This document shows, in pieces, positions 11,901 through 20,415 of a DNA stretch of 64,000 bases. The stretch is from Andalucia godoyi And28. Lineage: Eukaryota > Protista > Jakobida. Location of the stretch: positions 443,315 through 507,314 of the forward strand of contig VRVR01000003.1 in the NCBI GenBank assembly GCA_009859145.1, in the 5' to 3' direction. Each line of letters starts with the position of its first letter. Within the stretch, counting starts at the first letter, position 1. The translations under genes were made by a program, and so were the position numbers. Under the pieces are notes generated by a model, which made no database searches, had not been told where the DNA came from, and worked only from the letters and a program-made list of their open reading frames with translations.

Positions 11901-12542
11901 GTCCACGGAAAAGGAAATGGCAAACGTTCCTGGAAACCCGGTTGACACGGTGAGCGAGTTCAGCTGAAAAATGCCAAAATCATCCGTTTGGACGGACGAA
12001 GGCGACGTAACGATCTGGCAGGCCTGCGCAAACCGTGCTTGGTCTGAACCTGAAACGCCTGCGGAGGTTGAGCAAGGGTTTGTGAACTCGGTGAGCGGTC
12101 CCGCCATTCCAGGCATGTAGTATCGTTGCCCTGCAATTTGGCACCCGCTGCGATCCATCACGGTGAGCTCTGCTTTGATCTGGAGGATTTTCTGCCTTAC
12201 TCCAAGACCCTGTGAGTTGAGTGCTCTTCCAAGCAGATATTGAGTCGAAGGACCACCGATCGCGTCCACTGGGATCGGCTCATCCAAGAACCCAGATGCT
12301 GAGAAGGGTACACTCAGTACCGTAATTTGCTGCACCTCGTTCGTTCCGTAATTAAGAACCGGATCTTTCAGAACAGGACCAATCACAAGCGTAAACACCG
12401 CGCAGAAAATAAGAAACATCAGCAGAACTGCAAGTGATCGCCATTTGAACGAGTCTTCGACAAGGTCAAATACGGGGGCAACCCACGGCCTTGTGACGAT
12501 ACGATTTGCCTTCTGCCGCTCTTTGACACTCTTCTTGTTCAT
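5922..12542 (-). CDS. Giant membrane protein: N-terminal TM anchor, ~1400-aa beta-rich ectodomain, C-terminal STRA6-like (RBP receptor family) multipass domain
   Basis: Likely ATG at 12542 (MNKKSVKER). The C-terminal half has FFYPTRLV, GQYMGLQLGSTVVAF, RRWFGPYDLALTVLGLVAG, GFSAYCSMFRVD...NNPVFIAFC and ARNKWFLALTLLRNPQLAELRK, collinear with STRA6 motifs as I recall them. Confidence 0.8.
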   Translation of the reverse strand: MNKKSVKERQKANRIVTRPWVAPVFDLVEDSFKWRSLAVLLMFLIFCAVFTLVIGPVLKDPVLNYGTNEVQQITVLSVPFSASGFLDEPIPVDAIGGPSTQYLLGRALNSQGLGVRQKILQIKAELTVMDRSGCQIAGQRYYMPGMAGPLTEFTNPCSTSAGVSGSDQARFAQACQIVTSPSSVQTDDFGIFQLNSLTVSTGFPGTFAISFSVDGVVVEAFRIYLSGRTCYISFSYGPSLTINDSVASIPLAVGKQFDHSIYACAGDTANRHLPGTSMYLYSYSPTPFARNIDDALNSEINIQGTPEDFYTFQDLGKLLRSGLQQRRLSLIQAPILQTGSDGCVDLSPHLRVLGFDYSLQYIGVLSHGQASALFDDVPVLMSPAPGTVAISSVSILDPSLSRAVQEGDAFGSNFLKVQISPPSAGRYCFISIAEIDGAAIQYDQTFYNPAVYNGRQLQNIYAQTDVNGVADFASSSFDTAGDAFNFVVKASCEGVASSNTVGINVWSRVTAAILLTDRSMAQYNNNTIEVCLRHFDVRNAISVVFLDSNDMIVSSKNAMFRLVTYFPAPSVWGGNTSDAVLTAYPSGSSPGDYVLFIHAAIRGALYELLASVDGGASWMEVDGYSYAAVDCTFIDFDLTFENDLRNAGYFSQDVSLCDPSTYPAEGRVPSFVGPVLSQWPDEFVLGERSGGDFSVFFLDQCANPFDVASQGIPEYFNATLPFLVQTSFAGQSAVFWMPGYGPTGSSSFYSSLQGLVTVQPPIVGPLSSPAFVPEWFQTSPAAAKFPMFVTPVLTSKYAYQDSDLKNIDLYVSYSVSPAYRFIPAMPRYVRLTPSVSSITVVPNSMSPPGESISAVYQIFPPRSGVLVSLQVFSPPSIAAQSSCSYGLFTNSFIPGTTLQNPLVCLDSNLLYPTIQGVTNASGLVELGPFFCGNYPGAYYLAVSSSGGALSSYHFDCSPTFSTEVTMTSAPADVFGVPIDPSGLLVGQKISWNVSVTQNNVVVQRPTFLKVLSPVPAFNIIPMTFSSSSSPIFFGYNVPCVGNTCSFHAAYVPASLSYTMATSFVGPIPSVAAWNKPFSPHLWADIFLCSYANGKNYTALRNGELILSTVQGYLLKNAVNVCIRPRVTLNQDMLLYIDTVVTNPSSSPAHVASSFEKLCFVPFVVAGDIQMCTLSLRFDNAAPMRYSVQHTVFNVSTVSFYVDVFHDVQSFSFLQGFDPFTAVSVGDLFPLSIQVFSAQKLPVPLRRVSLKLFLTGTSVPSPNSTLRAYSVDFRSLTDTGNAVIPEDSSSNFTALPPWKPSATVPMPESFGVAYFNSLQITAGMTGVYVFGVFVDSYLIGTSPPFVLRNPVSKVTLSLSSFTALVPGHNSLGVYVVGLDSNGVPVAYQSVSFVVRRTSCTEFTNICLVSPTLSASGMVSGALPTGADGSVAVSSLYFSGGSNGRYDIIARVKGVDSNPVTITINNIASVSVDQLGSYRFFIAGAALCILPALFSIRTSARWPVVLGGLVSFILLIIVESLALFHDILFVPSQDYEQTSYFAMTLAALAFGSSVLVIVLLLIVLLLIRIIHDKNSPLMSFDQQKRSMVRLYVRKLFLGSTRVRLANSELPIDEMLSTYADLLSYSEIMIATPRKSHPEQSKKDDVELPLVLAASGNVALFEEESPPPERDFRDLKLQHFLRERKLPLYSKLGLFCRRVPQKGLKISGRQLWYSVKSLPENHSYLETSADFFYPTRLVMTVCLAFLFLTVATFAAVIILLWIRYLLTVAFSYFLEKFYAANLAFGQYRNLRSQGVGSIVKDSSQENLTISILSSLFASSSDFKSFFNDLLRNMTVSIGLGIVIAWLYVCIALICIMLLYKRRVFDARIGKVFVSSLERASILRAGQYMGLQLGSTVVAFVFMSFLVFLVVFLLLWDYTRTKILTFLVAAVIAYILGTLLFALFLAYVSRFIAKDGDIVRRRWFGPYDLALTVLGLVAGFLAALKQFALDVANLVFLTMRLDIARGDASRAFVNQGFSAYCSMFRVDMLFNNNPVFIAFCYIFCVPFIDSTKEIPKSTILSVKDMDEKISWDGMNDAEADQSFSSPILQHLEITSADPQTWFDLELLEREASETSADIRKVILECKRACRELIGAQRLPFTLNPQGRSQLARNKWFLALTLLRNPQLAELRKHALLKKRLLSSQRDCSLKISNLSFCTNANGRSKGVPAT

Positions 12543-12944
12543 TTTTGCTGCATTGGTCAGTCCGCATGCATCGGGTATCCTCTCTTCTTCTTCTTCTTCT
12601 TCTTCTGAATGGTCAAACTTCTTCCCTTTCAAAAAGCAACTGAATGACTGTGATTTAATTTTAAAAAAAATTAAATACGACCACGCGCTTATGCAGTCGA
12701 GATACCCGAGGGGAAAGGAGAAAAAGAATGTCAAAAGAAATCCTCAGCGCCAACAGGCACGATCCGCTGTTTTTTTCTTTCTTTCTCTCTCTTTCATAAA
12801 AAAATACCTCATTGGACGGACACGCGTTGTGCATGAATATGGTGTTGTTCTTTTGTAAATAATCCTCATAATCATCTTAATCATCATCATCATCATTCTC
12901 TTATTTCACTCTATGATACATACGATCCTGCTTGTTGGGCACGT

Positions 12945-13343
12945 CTATTGCTGTTTTTTTGCCTGAGCATTCGCGAGCGCCAGACCGAGTTTTGGATTCC
13001 AGAAGCCTTGGACGCTGCGAATGTCATAAGCAGACTCTACATTGGGCCAAAACTCTCGCGCTTTTCTTCCGGATTGTTTCCGCAGACTCTCCAGTCTCTG
13101 CGCGATTGCTTCCTGGTCTTCATTTTTAAGAGTGATCACCTTTGTCGATCCATTTGCATAAGACGCGACAACGTGAGGATGCCGACCAGGTGCTGTTTCG
13201 GATGAAATCGCAATGCTGGCATGTGCAGATGCGTAGGAATCGAATGCCGAACGAAGAAAATCACGGACTCCGCGAGAGGAACCCGAATGACGGCAATATA
13301 AAAGCTTCAGCGATTGCAGCTGACCAACGCCACGCACTGACAT
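12945..13343 (-). CDS. MRPL43: Mitochondrial ribosomal protein mL43 (L51/S25/CI-B8 fold)
   Basis: ATG at 13343: MSVRGVGQLQSLKLLYCRHSGSSRGVRDFL...PGRHPHVVASYANG...SVQGFWNP. The leading GVxQL and trailing QGxW favour mL43 over NDUFA2. Confidence 0.88.
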   Translation of the reverse strand: MSVRGVGQLQSLKLLYCRHSGSSRGVRDFLRSAFDSYASAHASIAISSETAPGRHPHVVASYANGSTKVITLKNEDQEAIAQRLESLRKQSGRKAREFWPNVESAYDIRSVQGFWNPKLGLALANAQAKKQQ

Positions 13344-13732
13344 GTCGCTTCGATGATTAAAAATATATATACACCAGTCAAAGAAAACCAATAATAAAAC
13401 ACAAATCTCAAAAAGAATTGAGAAAAAAACCCAGAAAAAAAAGAGAAACGAGAGAAAAGAAAACATGAAGAGCTGCGTAATTAGTCGACTCTCATTACCT
13501 TGTTTTTGTTTTTTGCTTTGACGGCAGACTCGTATTTGTTAGGGTTTGCACGTTTGGGGAAAACAACTTGTGGGGAATTGAATCTACAGCAGGAAGAAAA
13601 GAACTGCTTGCCAGTTTGTTTGTCGAAGCACTGTGAAGTCATGACTCTGGTTTTTTCCTTCTTGTTGCTCCTCCTTTTCTTATTATTGCTGCTGCTGCTG
13701 CTGCTGTTGTTGTTGTTGTTGTTGTGAAGAGG

Positions 13733-14749
13733 ATGCGAGGAACAGTGTCCGTGATTGGAGGATCTGGGTTTCTGGGCCGATCCATAGTGTCGCAATTGAC
13801 CCATACATTCCGCAGTGTTCGTGTCATTTCTCGCCACGGATCATTGGGAAAGACAGGCAGCTCATTTTCCAATCTAAAAAACATCGAGTTTGTGAGTGCG
13901 AATATCGCGGATGAGTCGTCGATTCGCGATGCAATTCAGGGCTCCGAGTCAATCGTTAATCTTGTGGGAATCCTACATGAAACATCTGCGCAAACATTCG
14001 AAAGTGCGCATGTCTGCGGAACACGGAATCTTGCCAATGCGTCTCGAAGTTCCTCCGAGGTGAAGGATTTTGTGCAGATCAGTGCGATTGGAGCAGATCC
14101 GCTGTCAGACTCAAAGTATGCTTCTTCCAAAGGTGCGGCCGAGCAGATCTTGCAGGATCTTGCAAAAACTCCACTGAATCGGGATGCCATCAACGTGACA
14201 ATTCTGAGGCCGTCTGTAGTGTTTGGACCTGAAGACTCGTTCCTGAACTTGTTTGCAAGCATGGCAAAGTACGTGCCGGTTGTTCCTTTGATCGGCGGTG
14301 GAGCTACTAGGTTCCAGCCGGTGTATGTAAAGGACCTTGCGGCTGCGGTCCAGAAGGTTCTGGAACCGCAGTTTCACGAATCGACTCGTGCAGCCGCAGC
14401 GATATCAGGAGGAACATCAGCAAGAGGAGAACAGCGCAGTATGAGCAAAGATGCAGCGGTGTTGGTGGTCGAGTGTGGTGGACCAAAGGTATATACGTTT
14501 TCCGAACTAATGGACGTGTTGGGAAAGGGAATGCGGAAGAAGCTCTTCAAGGTGTCGATTCCGTTTTGGCTGGCAGATCTGGAGGCTGCTGTTTTGGAAA
14601 AGTTGCCAACTCCATTGCTGACTCGAGATCAGGTTAAACTGCTGCGAAGAGACAACATCATTGCAGAATCCGCAATCACACTCGCCGACATTGGTGTCTA
14701 TCCAACACCTCTCGAATCCATTATTCCTCAGTACTCATGGGCTCGATAG
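13733..14749 (+). CDS. NDUFA9: NDUFA9-family atypical short-chain dehydrogenase/reductase (complex I 39-kDa-like)
   Basis: First ATG at 13733. VIGGSGFLGR Rossmann motif, VNLVGILHE, SAIGAD, YASSKGAAE, ILRPSVVFGPEDSF, GGGATRFQPVYVKD, LLTRDQVKLLRRDN. Confidence 0.85.
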   Translation: MRGTVSVIGGSGFLGRSIVSQLTHTFRSVRVISRHGSLGKTGSSFSNLKNIEFVSANIADESSIRDAIQGSESIVNLVGILHETSAQTFESAHVCGTRNLANASRSSSEVKDFVQISAIGADPLSDSKYASSKGAAEQILQDLAKTPLNRDAINVTILRPSVVFGPEDSFLNLFASMAKYVPVVPLIGGGATRFQPVYVKDLAAAVQKVLEPQFHESTRAAAAISGGTSARGEQRSMSKDAAVLVVECGGPKVYTFSELMDVLGKGMRKKLFKVSIPFWLADLEAAVLEKLPTPLLTRDQVKLLRRDNIIAESAITLADIGVYPTPLESIIPQYSWAR

Positions 14750-15047
14750 CCATGCAAGCCCCGACGCTTCTTTCCGTGCCCTTTCCTTCCTCCGAACATC
14801 GTTTGTGCGCCACACACACACACACAGAGGGAGAGAGAGAGAGGGATGCTATAAAATATATCTTTGAATCGTCCGTCCGCTGTAAAATGGAAAATGAAAA
14901 ATCCTCGGGATCGAGAGTCTGCAGAGCGAAGTAAGTTGCTCAAAACTCAATCACATTTTCGTACTCATTCGCGTTCTCGTTCTCGTTCTTTCCATTCACG
15001 TAACCAGAATACATTTGAGTTGGCCAATTCTAAAGAGCAAAGGGAAG

Positions 15048-15701
15048 ATGAGCAGCAGCGGCAGCTCCAGCAATTCGTCGGCGGGAGCGTCGATCCAGCC
15101 TCCAAACACGCAGTTCAATGCAAATGTTGCGTCGGCACTCAGCGGGTCTGGAGTTGCGCTTGGGTCGTTCACACAGTCTGCGAGCCCGCCAGCTGCTGTG
15201 CCTGGCCTCGTGTCGTCGCCACCGGGATTTCCGCAAGCACCGTTTGTGAATCCATACCAGAAATATGTAGACATGTTCACAGAAAGTTGCATTACCAAGG
15301 CTCTGATTTCGGGAGGTGTTGGCTTCTTGATGGGAATGGGCCTGGGAGCGTTTGCCTTATCGTGGGAGATGCAGCAGAACGAGGCACGGGTGAAGGTGTG
15401 GGAGGGATTCAAACAGATGGGCAAGAAATCGTATGCTCTTGGAAAGAACTTCGGGTCCGTGGGACTTGTGTTTTCGGGGATTGAGTGTGTCGTGGAGAAG
15501 GAACGAGGGACGCATGATCATTGGAACGGTCTGATTGCAGGCTGTGCTTCCGGCGCAGTGTTCGGTGTCAAGAGTGGACCGAAGGGTATGGCGATTGGAT
15601 GCGCAGGCTTTGCTGCGTTCTCGGCGGTCATGGAGCGGGTGTTTCAGTCTGATACGTTTGGCCCGCCCAAGTATCACCACGTGGAACGACCAAGCCCATA
15701 G
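15048..15701 (+). CDS. TIM22: Mitochondrial inner-membrane translocase Tim22
   Basis: ESCITKALISGGVGF...KNFGSVGLVFSGIECVVEKERGTHDHWNGLIAGCASG...GCAGFAAFSAVME; both Tim22-type Cys positions present; ATG at 15048. Confidence 0.92.
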   Translation: MSSSGSSSNSSAGASIQPPNTQFNANVASALSGSGVALGSFTQSASPPAAVPGLVSSPPGFPQAPFVNPYQKYVDMFTESCITKALISGGVGFLMGMGLGAFALSWEMQQNEARVKVWEGFKQMGKKSYALGKNFGSVGLVFSGIECVVEKERGTHDHWNGLIAGCASGAVFGVKSGPKGMAIGCAGFAAFSAVMERVFQSDTFGPPKYHHVERPSP

Positions 15702-16040
15702 TAGCTTACCCGCGTCCATTTCCCTTTGCCATCTTCTCGCCCACCTCGAAATTGTTGTTGTACAGACTTAAAGATAATACGCTTTGTAGGCAGCATATTG
15801 CTGATTCAAATGAAAACAAAAGGCGGGGGTAAGAAGACATAAAAATAATAAGCTTATCTTTCAAAAAAATTCATTTTGGAAAACCCGAGCAACTCCAAGT
15901 GAATCGCATCAGGAAAATACACACAAGAATAACATCGACAGACACATAGAGACAACGACAGCGACACAGACACATTATGTACAATACTCAGAAGGATCGA
16001 AGAGAGAGATAGAGAGAGAGAGAGACTCCCACGAGCGTGC

Positions 16041-17432
16041 CTAGTAATCGAGGAAGGCCGGGACAATGTTCGAGTTGTCAAGGTACGAAAGATCGCACGA
16101 AAATGAACCCAGACTGGCAACACCAAACAGATCATTGGAGAAGGAGTATGACGAAGTGTCGAGGAAACCATCGAGATCCATGGTGCACCCCGTAACAGGC
16201 GTATCGATCTCAGAGAATGGAACCGACAAATCGGAGCAGCTGTCATCGCAAGCACCAGTGAACGCGTTCATTGGCCACGAGTCCATGCGATTGGCAGACT
16301 CAAGGAATGTGCAAGGAGAGGCCTTGGCATTGTGTTGGCTCAACGAGAGCGGCGATAAGCTGACGCAACCCAGCGAAGAGAACGAGGCGACACGAGTCAT
16401 CGACTCACGCAGCGGCGCTGGGGCTGCTGCAGCGGAAACTTCGACGGCAGGTGAGGAGACAGCAATCGACGGCTTGACGACAGTTGGCGCTGGTGCACAG
16501 AGCTGCATCTTCGGGACACTCTCCGCGGGAATAAGCCTCGACATTTGGCTCTGGGACTGGGCAACCATCTGCTTTGCAAATGGAATCGCAACCTGAACAT
16601 GCTCTACTTTGAGCTCATTGTTCTTCACCACACGGCGTCTCTTGCCAGCGCGTGCAATTTCGTCCAAAGGCATACGGCGTCGACGGCACTTGTAGATGAA
16701 GTGGTCCTCTGTGTACATGTCCGGAGTCACGTTACGTGCATACAGGTCGCGGATAACGCGGGCCAGCGTAGAGTTCCAGTGGTTCTTGACTGCATTGGAA
16801 GTTCTGCCAACGAAGCCAGCGTCCATCAGCATGTTTGAAATCGTCGCCCACTGGTTACCAAGGCGAGCATGGGCCTGTGCAACCAACAGATCTTCACGAG
16901 CACAGAAGCGCGTGTGGTTGACAGACGAATCCAAATGATTGAACCAACGTTCACGGCACTGCTTTCCAATACGACCTGGCAAAAACGATGCGATTTTCGA
17001 CCATTTCCGAGCCCCATACGACTGCACAAGATTGCGCAGAGTCTCATCTTCTTCCGGAGTCCAGCATCCCTTGATCTGGAAAGACTGGTCGACTTCCGCA
17101 TCCTTTCCATCCTCTTCCTCGGCATCCATTTCCATATCCACGACAGGCGAACCTTCGTCGTCGTCGTCATCATCATCTCCAGTTTCGGAGGAATTTGACG
17201 AAGACTCTTCCCTGGTGATGGCAACTGCGTTCATCGCAGCCCGCTCCTGCTCCTGCTGCTTCTTGACGCTTGAAGAAACCTCTTGCTGAAGGATCTCATT
17301 GCACACAAACGAGAACTTCGGAGTAAGAAGCATCGAAGGATACATGTTGCCGTCATGGAATGCACATGCTTTCCCAAGAACCACAAGTTGGTCCTGAGCA
17401 GGCACGTTTAAAATATTCATGTTCATGTTCAT
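16041..17432 (-). CDS. R2R3-type Myb transcription factor
   Basis: KGCWTPEEDETLRNLVQSYGARKWSKIASFLPGRIGKQCRERWFNHL followed by ...LGNQWATIS...GRTSNAVKNHWNSTL; ATG at 17432. Confidence 0.93.
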   Translation of the reverse strand: MNMNMNILNVPAQDQLVVLGKACAFHDGNMYPSMLLTPKFSFVCNEILQQEVSSSVKKQQEQERAAMNAVAITREESSSNSSETGDDDDDDDEGSPVVDMEMDAEEEDGKDAEVDQSFQIKGCWTPEEDETLRNLVQSYGARKWSKIASFLPGRIGKQCRERWFNHLDSSVNHTRFCAREDLLVAQAHARLGNQWATISNMLMDAGFVGRTSNAVKNHWNSTLARVIRDLYARNVTPDMYTEDHFIYKCRRRRMPLDEIARAGKRRRVVKNNELKVEHVQVAIPFAKQMVAQSQSQMSRLIPAESVPKMQLCAPAPTVVKPSIAVSSPAVEVSAAAAPAPLRESMTRVASFSSLGCVSLSPLSLSQHNAKASPCTFLESANRMDSWPMNAFTGACDDSCSDLSVPFSEIDTPVTGCTMDLDGFLDTSSYSFSNDLFGVASLGSFSCDLSYLDNSNIVPAFLDY

Positions 17433-18341
17433 GGTCTTTAACTGGAGACAGCGCAACGCCAAAAATGTTATATGAAAGAGAAAGAGTATCCAAAAGCAAA
17501 AAACAAAACGAAACAACAAAACAAAAAAACAATGCTCACAAATTGAACAATACTGTTTTTTTCTACTTCTTTGAAGGCTGAGCGGTGTGGGAACGCTAAA
17601 AGAAATCACAAGAGCAAAGCAAGTCTTCGCAAACCTTGTGGATATCTCAAAGTGAAAAACTGATTAATCTTCTTGACAATGGAGGAAAGAAAAAAAATAA
17701 AGAAAATACAAAAACAAAACGCTGAGAACGAAAAGGAAACCCAGACAGCAGATAAAGTGGGAAAAGGAAAGAGCTTGGGAACCAAAAGGAACCCCGAGAC
17801 ACGAAGCAAGACGGGAAAGGGGGGCGTTTCTCCCCGAATCTTTGCTAGTCGTTACGCATGAATGGCGCATAGACTATATGGACACGAGAGAGGATTCCTG
17901 CCGCGATTCGTGAAAGCAGACAGGACTGATCCAACCCAATTATGGCTATCGGTCCGCAGAATCCTTTGCAGAATCCTCGTCAGCATCCATCCTTTTTGGG
18001 CATTTCCTTTTGGGGGGAAGCGGAAAAAAAAATCCCTTGCTCCTATCGTACAATTCGTATCGTACATTTGCAAAACCGTTATCCGCTGCCCCTCCTCTCT
18101 CTCTCTCTCTCTCGGCTGCTGTCGGCTGTAAAAACAGAAAAAAAAAATTTAGGGGAAATGGGAAACTGACCAATCGATGCGTCTCCAAAAGGTTTCAAAC
18201 GATCTTCTTCGTCTTCGCAACATCTTTTTTCTTTCCTTATTGTTTCCGATCTTTTCCTCTCAAGCAGCTTGTTAACCAAGAGTCAGGATCAGAAAAGCAA
18301 GAGCAACAGACGTGCCAATAAGAGCAGCTCAGCCCATCTCA

Positions 18342-20254
18342 ATGTTGCTATCACGATCCAAACAAAAGGATGCTTCTGCGATGCAAAACGCAGCTTCTCA
18401 GCGCGAAGCCGCCAAGAAGAAGAAGACCAATCTCGAGACGTATATCCAACAGCGCGATTATACTGGCGCCATTGCACTGCTGGAGTTCCAGCGCCAAACG
18501 GGCCAGCAGGATGACAAGTATCCTACGCTTCCATGGCTTGCTTATGCTGCTTTTCATATTGGAGATTATCAAAAGGCCGCAAGCATCTACAAGGAACTTC
18601 TCGATTCCCCTGAACTGTATGTCTTTCTCTCTCTCTCTCTCTTTCTTTCTTTCTGCTTCTTTCTTGGCGTGTCCGTGTTCTAATGCTTCTTGATATTAAT
18701 TAATTGGTTGGATTTCCCGTTGTTCTCTCTCTCCCTCTCTCACTCTCTCCCTCTCTCTTTCTTTCTTGTTTTACTTGTGCGTTGTATAGGGCAAGTAGCA
18801 GTCATATGAATCCAGGATTGATTGCTGTCTATCTGGGTTGTTCGCTCTTTTATCTGGGTGACTTTGCAAATGCGCAAAAGGCAGTGCTGAAGTCGCCGGA
18901 TTCACCGCTTAAGAATCGGCTGTTGTTCCACATTGCACATCGCCAGAACGATGAAAATGCACTCATGACATATCATCAACGGCTACAAAACACCGTGGAG
19001 GACCAGCTTTGCTTGGCTGCGGTTCACTATCTGCGGAACCATTTCCAGGAAGCGACCGAGATCTACAAGAAAATTCTGCTCGAGAATCGCGACTTTCTCG
19101 CATTGAATGTGTACATTGCTCTGTGCTACTACAAGCTGGACTACTACGATGTGGCGCTCGAAGTGTTGAATGTGTATTTGCAGTCGTATCCAGACTCGGG
19201 AATCGCGCTCAATCTCAAGGCTTGTATTAACTACAGATTGTACAATGGAAAGGCTGCGGAGCAGGAACTCAAAGTTCTGATGGATCTCGAGAACGAGGCG
19301 TACAACTACCAAAATGAGCTTGTGCAGCACAATTTGGTTGTTTTCCGGGGCGGGGTCAATGCGCTCCAGGTATTTCCAAAGCTCATGCATGCAGTTCCGG
19401 AAGCCCGGTTGAACCTGTGCATCCACTATTTGAAGAATGCAGAGTTTGAAGAAGCGTATGAGCTCATGAAGGACGTCGAGCCGTCTGCACCACAGGAATA
19501 CATTCTGAAAGGAGTAGTCAATGCGTGCGTTGGACAGAGAAAGGACTCGCAAACACACCTCAAGATGGCCCAGCAGTATTTCCAGATTGTTGGATCGTCC
19601 GCTTCCGAATGTGACACGATCCCGGGCCGCCAATGCATGGCGTCGTGCTTCTTCTTGCTGAAGCAGTTTGACGATGTTCTGATCTATCTTCGATCCATCA
19701 AGACGTACTTCTACGCTGAGAATGATTTCCTGTGGAATTACGGCATCGCGCTTGTTCAGACACGCAACTTCAAGGAGGCGGAAGAAGTGTTGCTGACCGT
19801 CACGTCAGACGAGTACAAGAATGAGTTTGCGTATGTGTCACATTTGGCGCGGGCATACATTGCAAATGGGAAGCCAAAGCAGGCGTGGGAACTGTATTTG
19901 AAGTTGGAAACATCGGCAGACTCGTTCCAGTTGCTGCAGTTGATTTCGAATGATTGCTATGCCGCAAAGTCGTTCTTTTACTCTGCAAAGGCATTCGATG
20001 TTCTTGAACGCCTTGATCCGGCTCCCGAATACTGGGAGGGCAAGCGGGGTGCATGCTGTGGCGCGTTCCAACAGGTTGTGCAACAAGTCACTGGAGCGAA
20101 CGGCAAGGTGGTTCCGCAAAAGGCCGCCGACAAGAGTGTTCGCGAGTCCCTCCGCGACATCATCAACTTGCTTGTGAACACCCGAAAGCCGCAAGCGGAG
20201 CGCATTGCGGCCGTCATGAAGCGGTGGTGCACGGAAAATGGAGTCTCCTTTTGA
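18342..20254 (+). CDS. IFT56: Intraflagellar transport protein IFT56/TTC26; exons 18342-18616 and 18790-20254
   Basis: MLLSRSK start, QRDYTGAIALLEF, KNRLLFHIAH, DQLCLAAVHYLRNHFQEATEIYK, CDTIPGRQCMAS, DPAPEYWEGKRGACCG. A phase-2 intron joins the two ORFs in frame (...SPEL|ASSSHM...). Confidence 0.95.
18617..18789 (+). other. Spliceosomal intron in IFT56 (173 nt)
   Basis: GTATGT donor, CT-rich body, TAG acceptor; splicing restores the reading frame. Confidence 0.85.
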
Positions 20255-20415
20255 AACTTATGCGAATTCCGACCGAAAAAGAAAGAAAAAGAAAAAAGAA
20301 AAAATACAGAACTGACATGTATAAAACATAAATCTTCATCCAAAAAAAAAGGGGGGGGGGGGGGGGGAAGAGTAAAGGAAAGAGTTTATGAATATGTATG
20401 TATATATATAATTGG

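Noticed and set aside
12945-13343. Alternative call NDUFA2 (CI-B8)
   Set aside because: Same fold, but the N-terminal GVxQL and C-terminal QGFW extension fit mL43.
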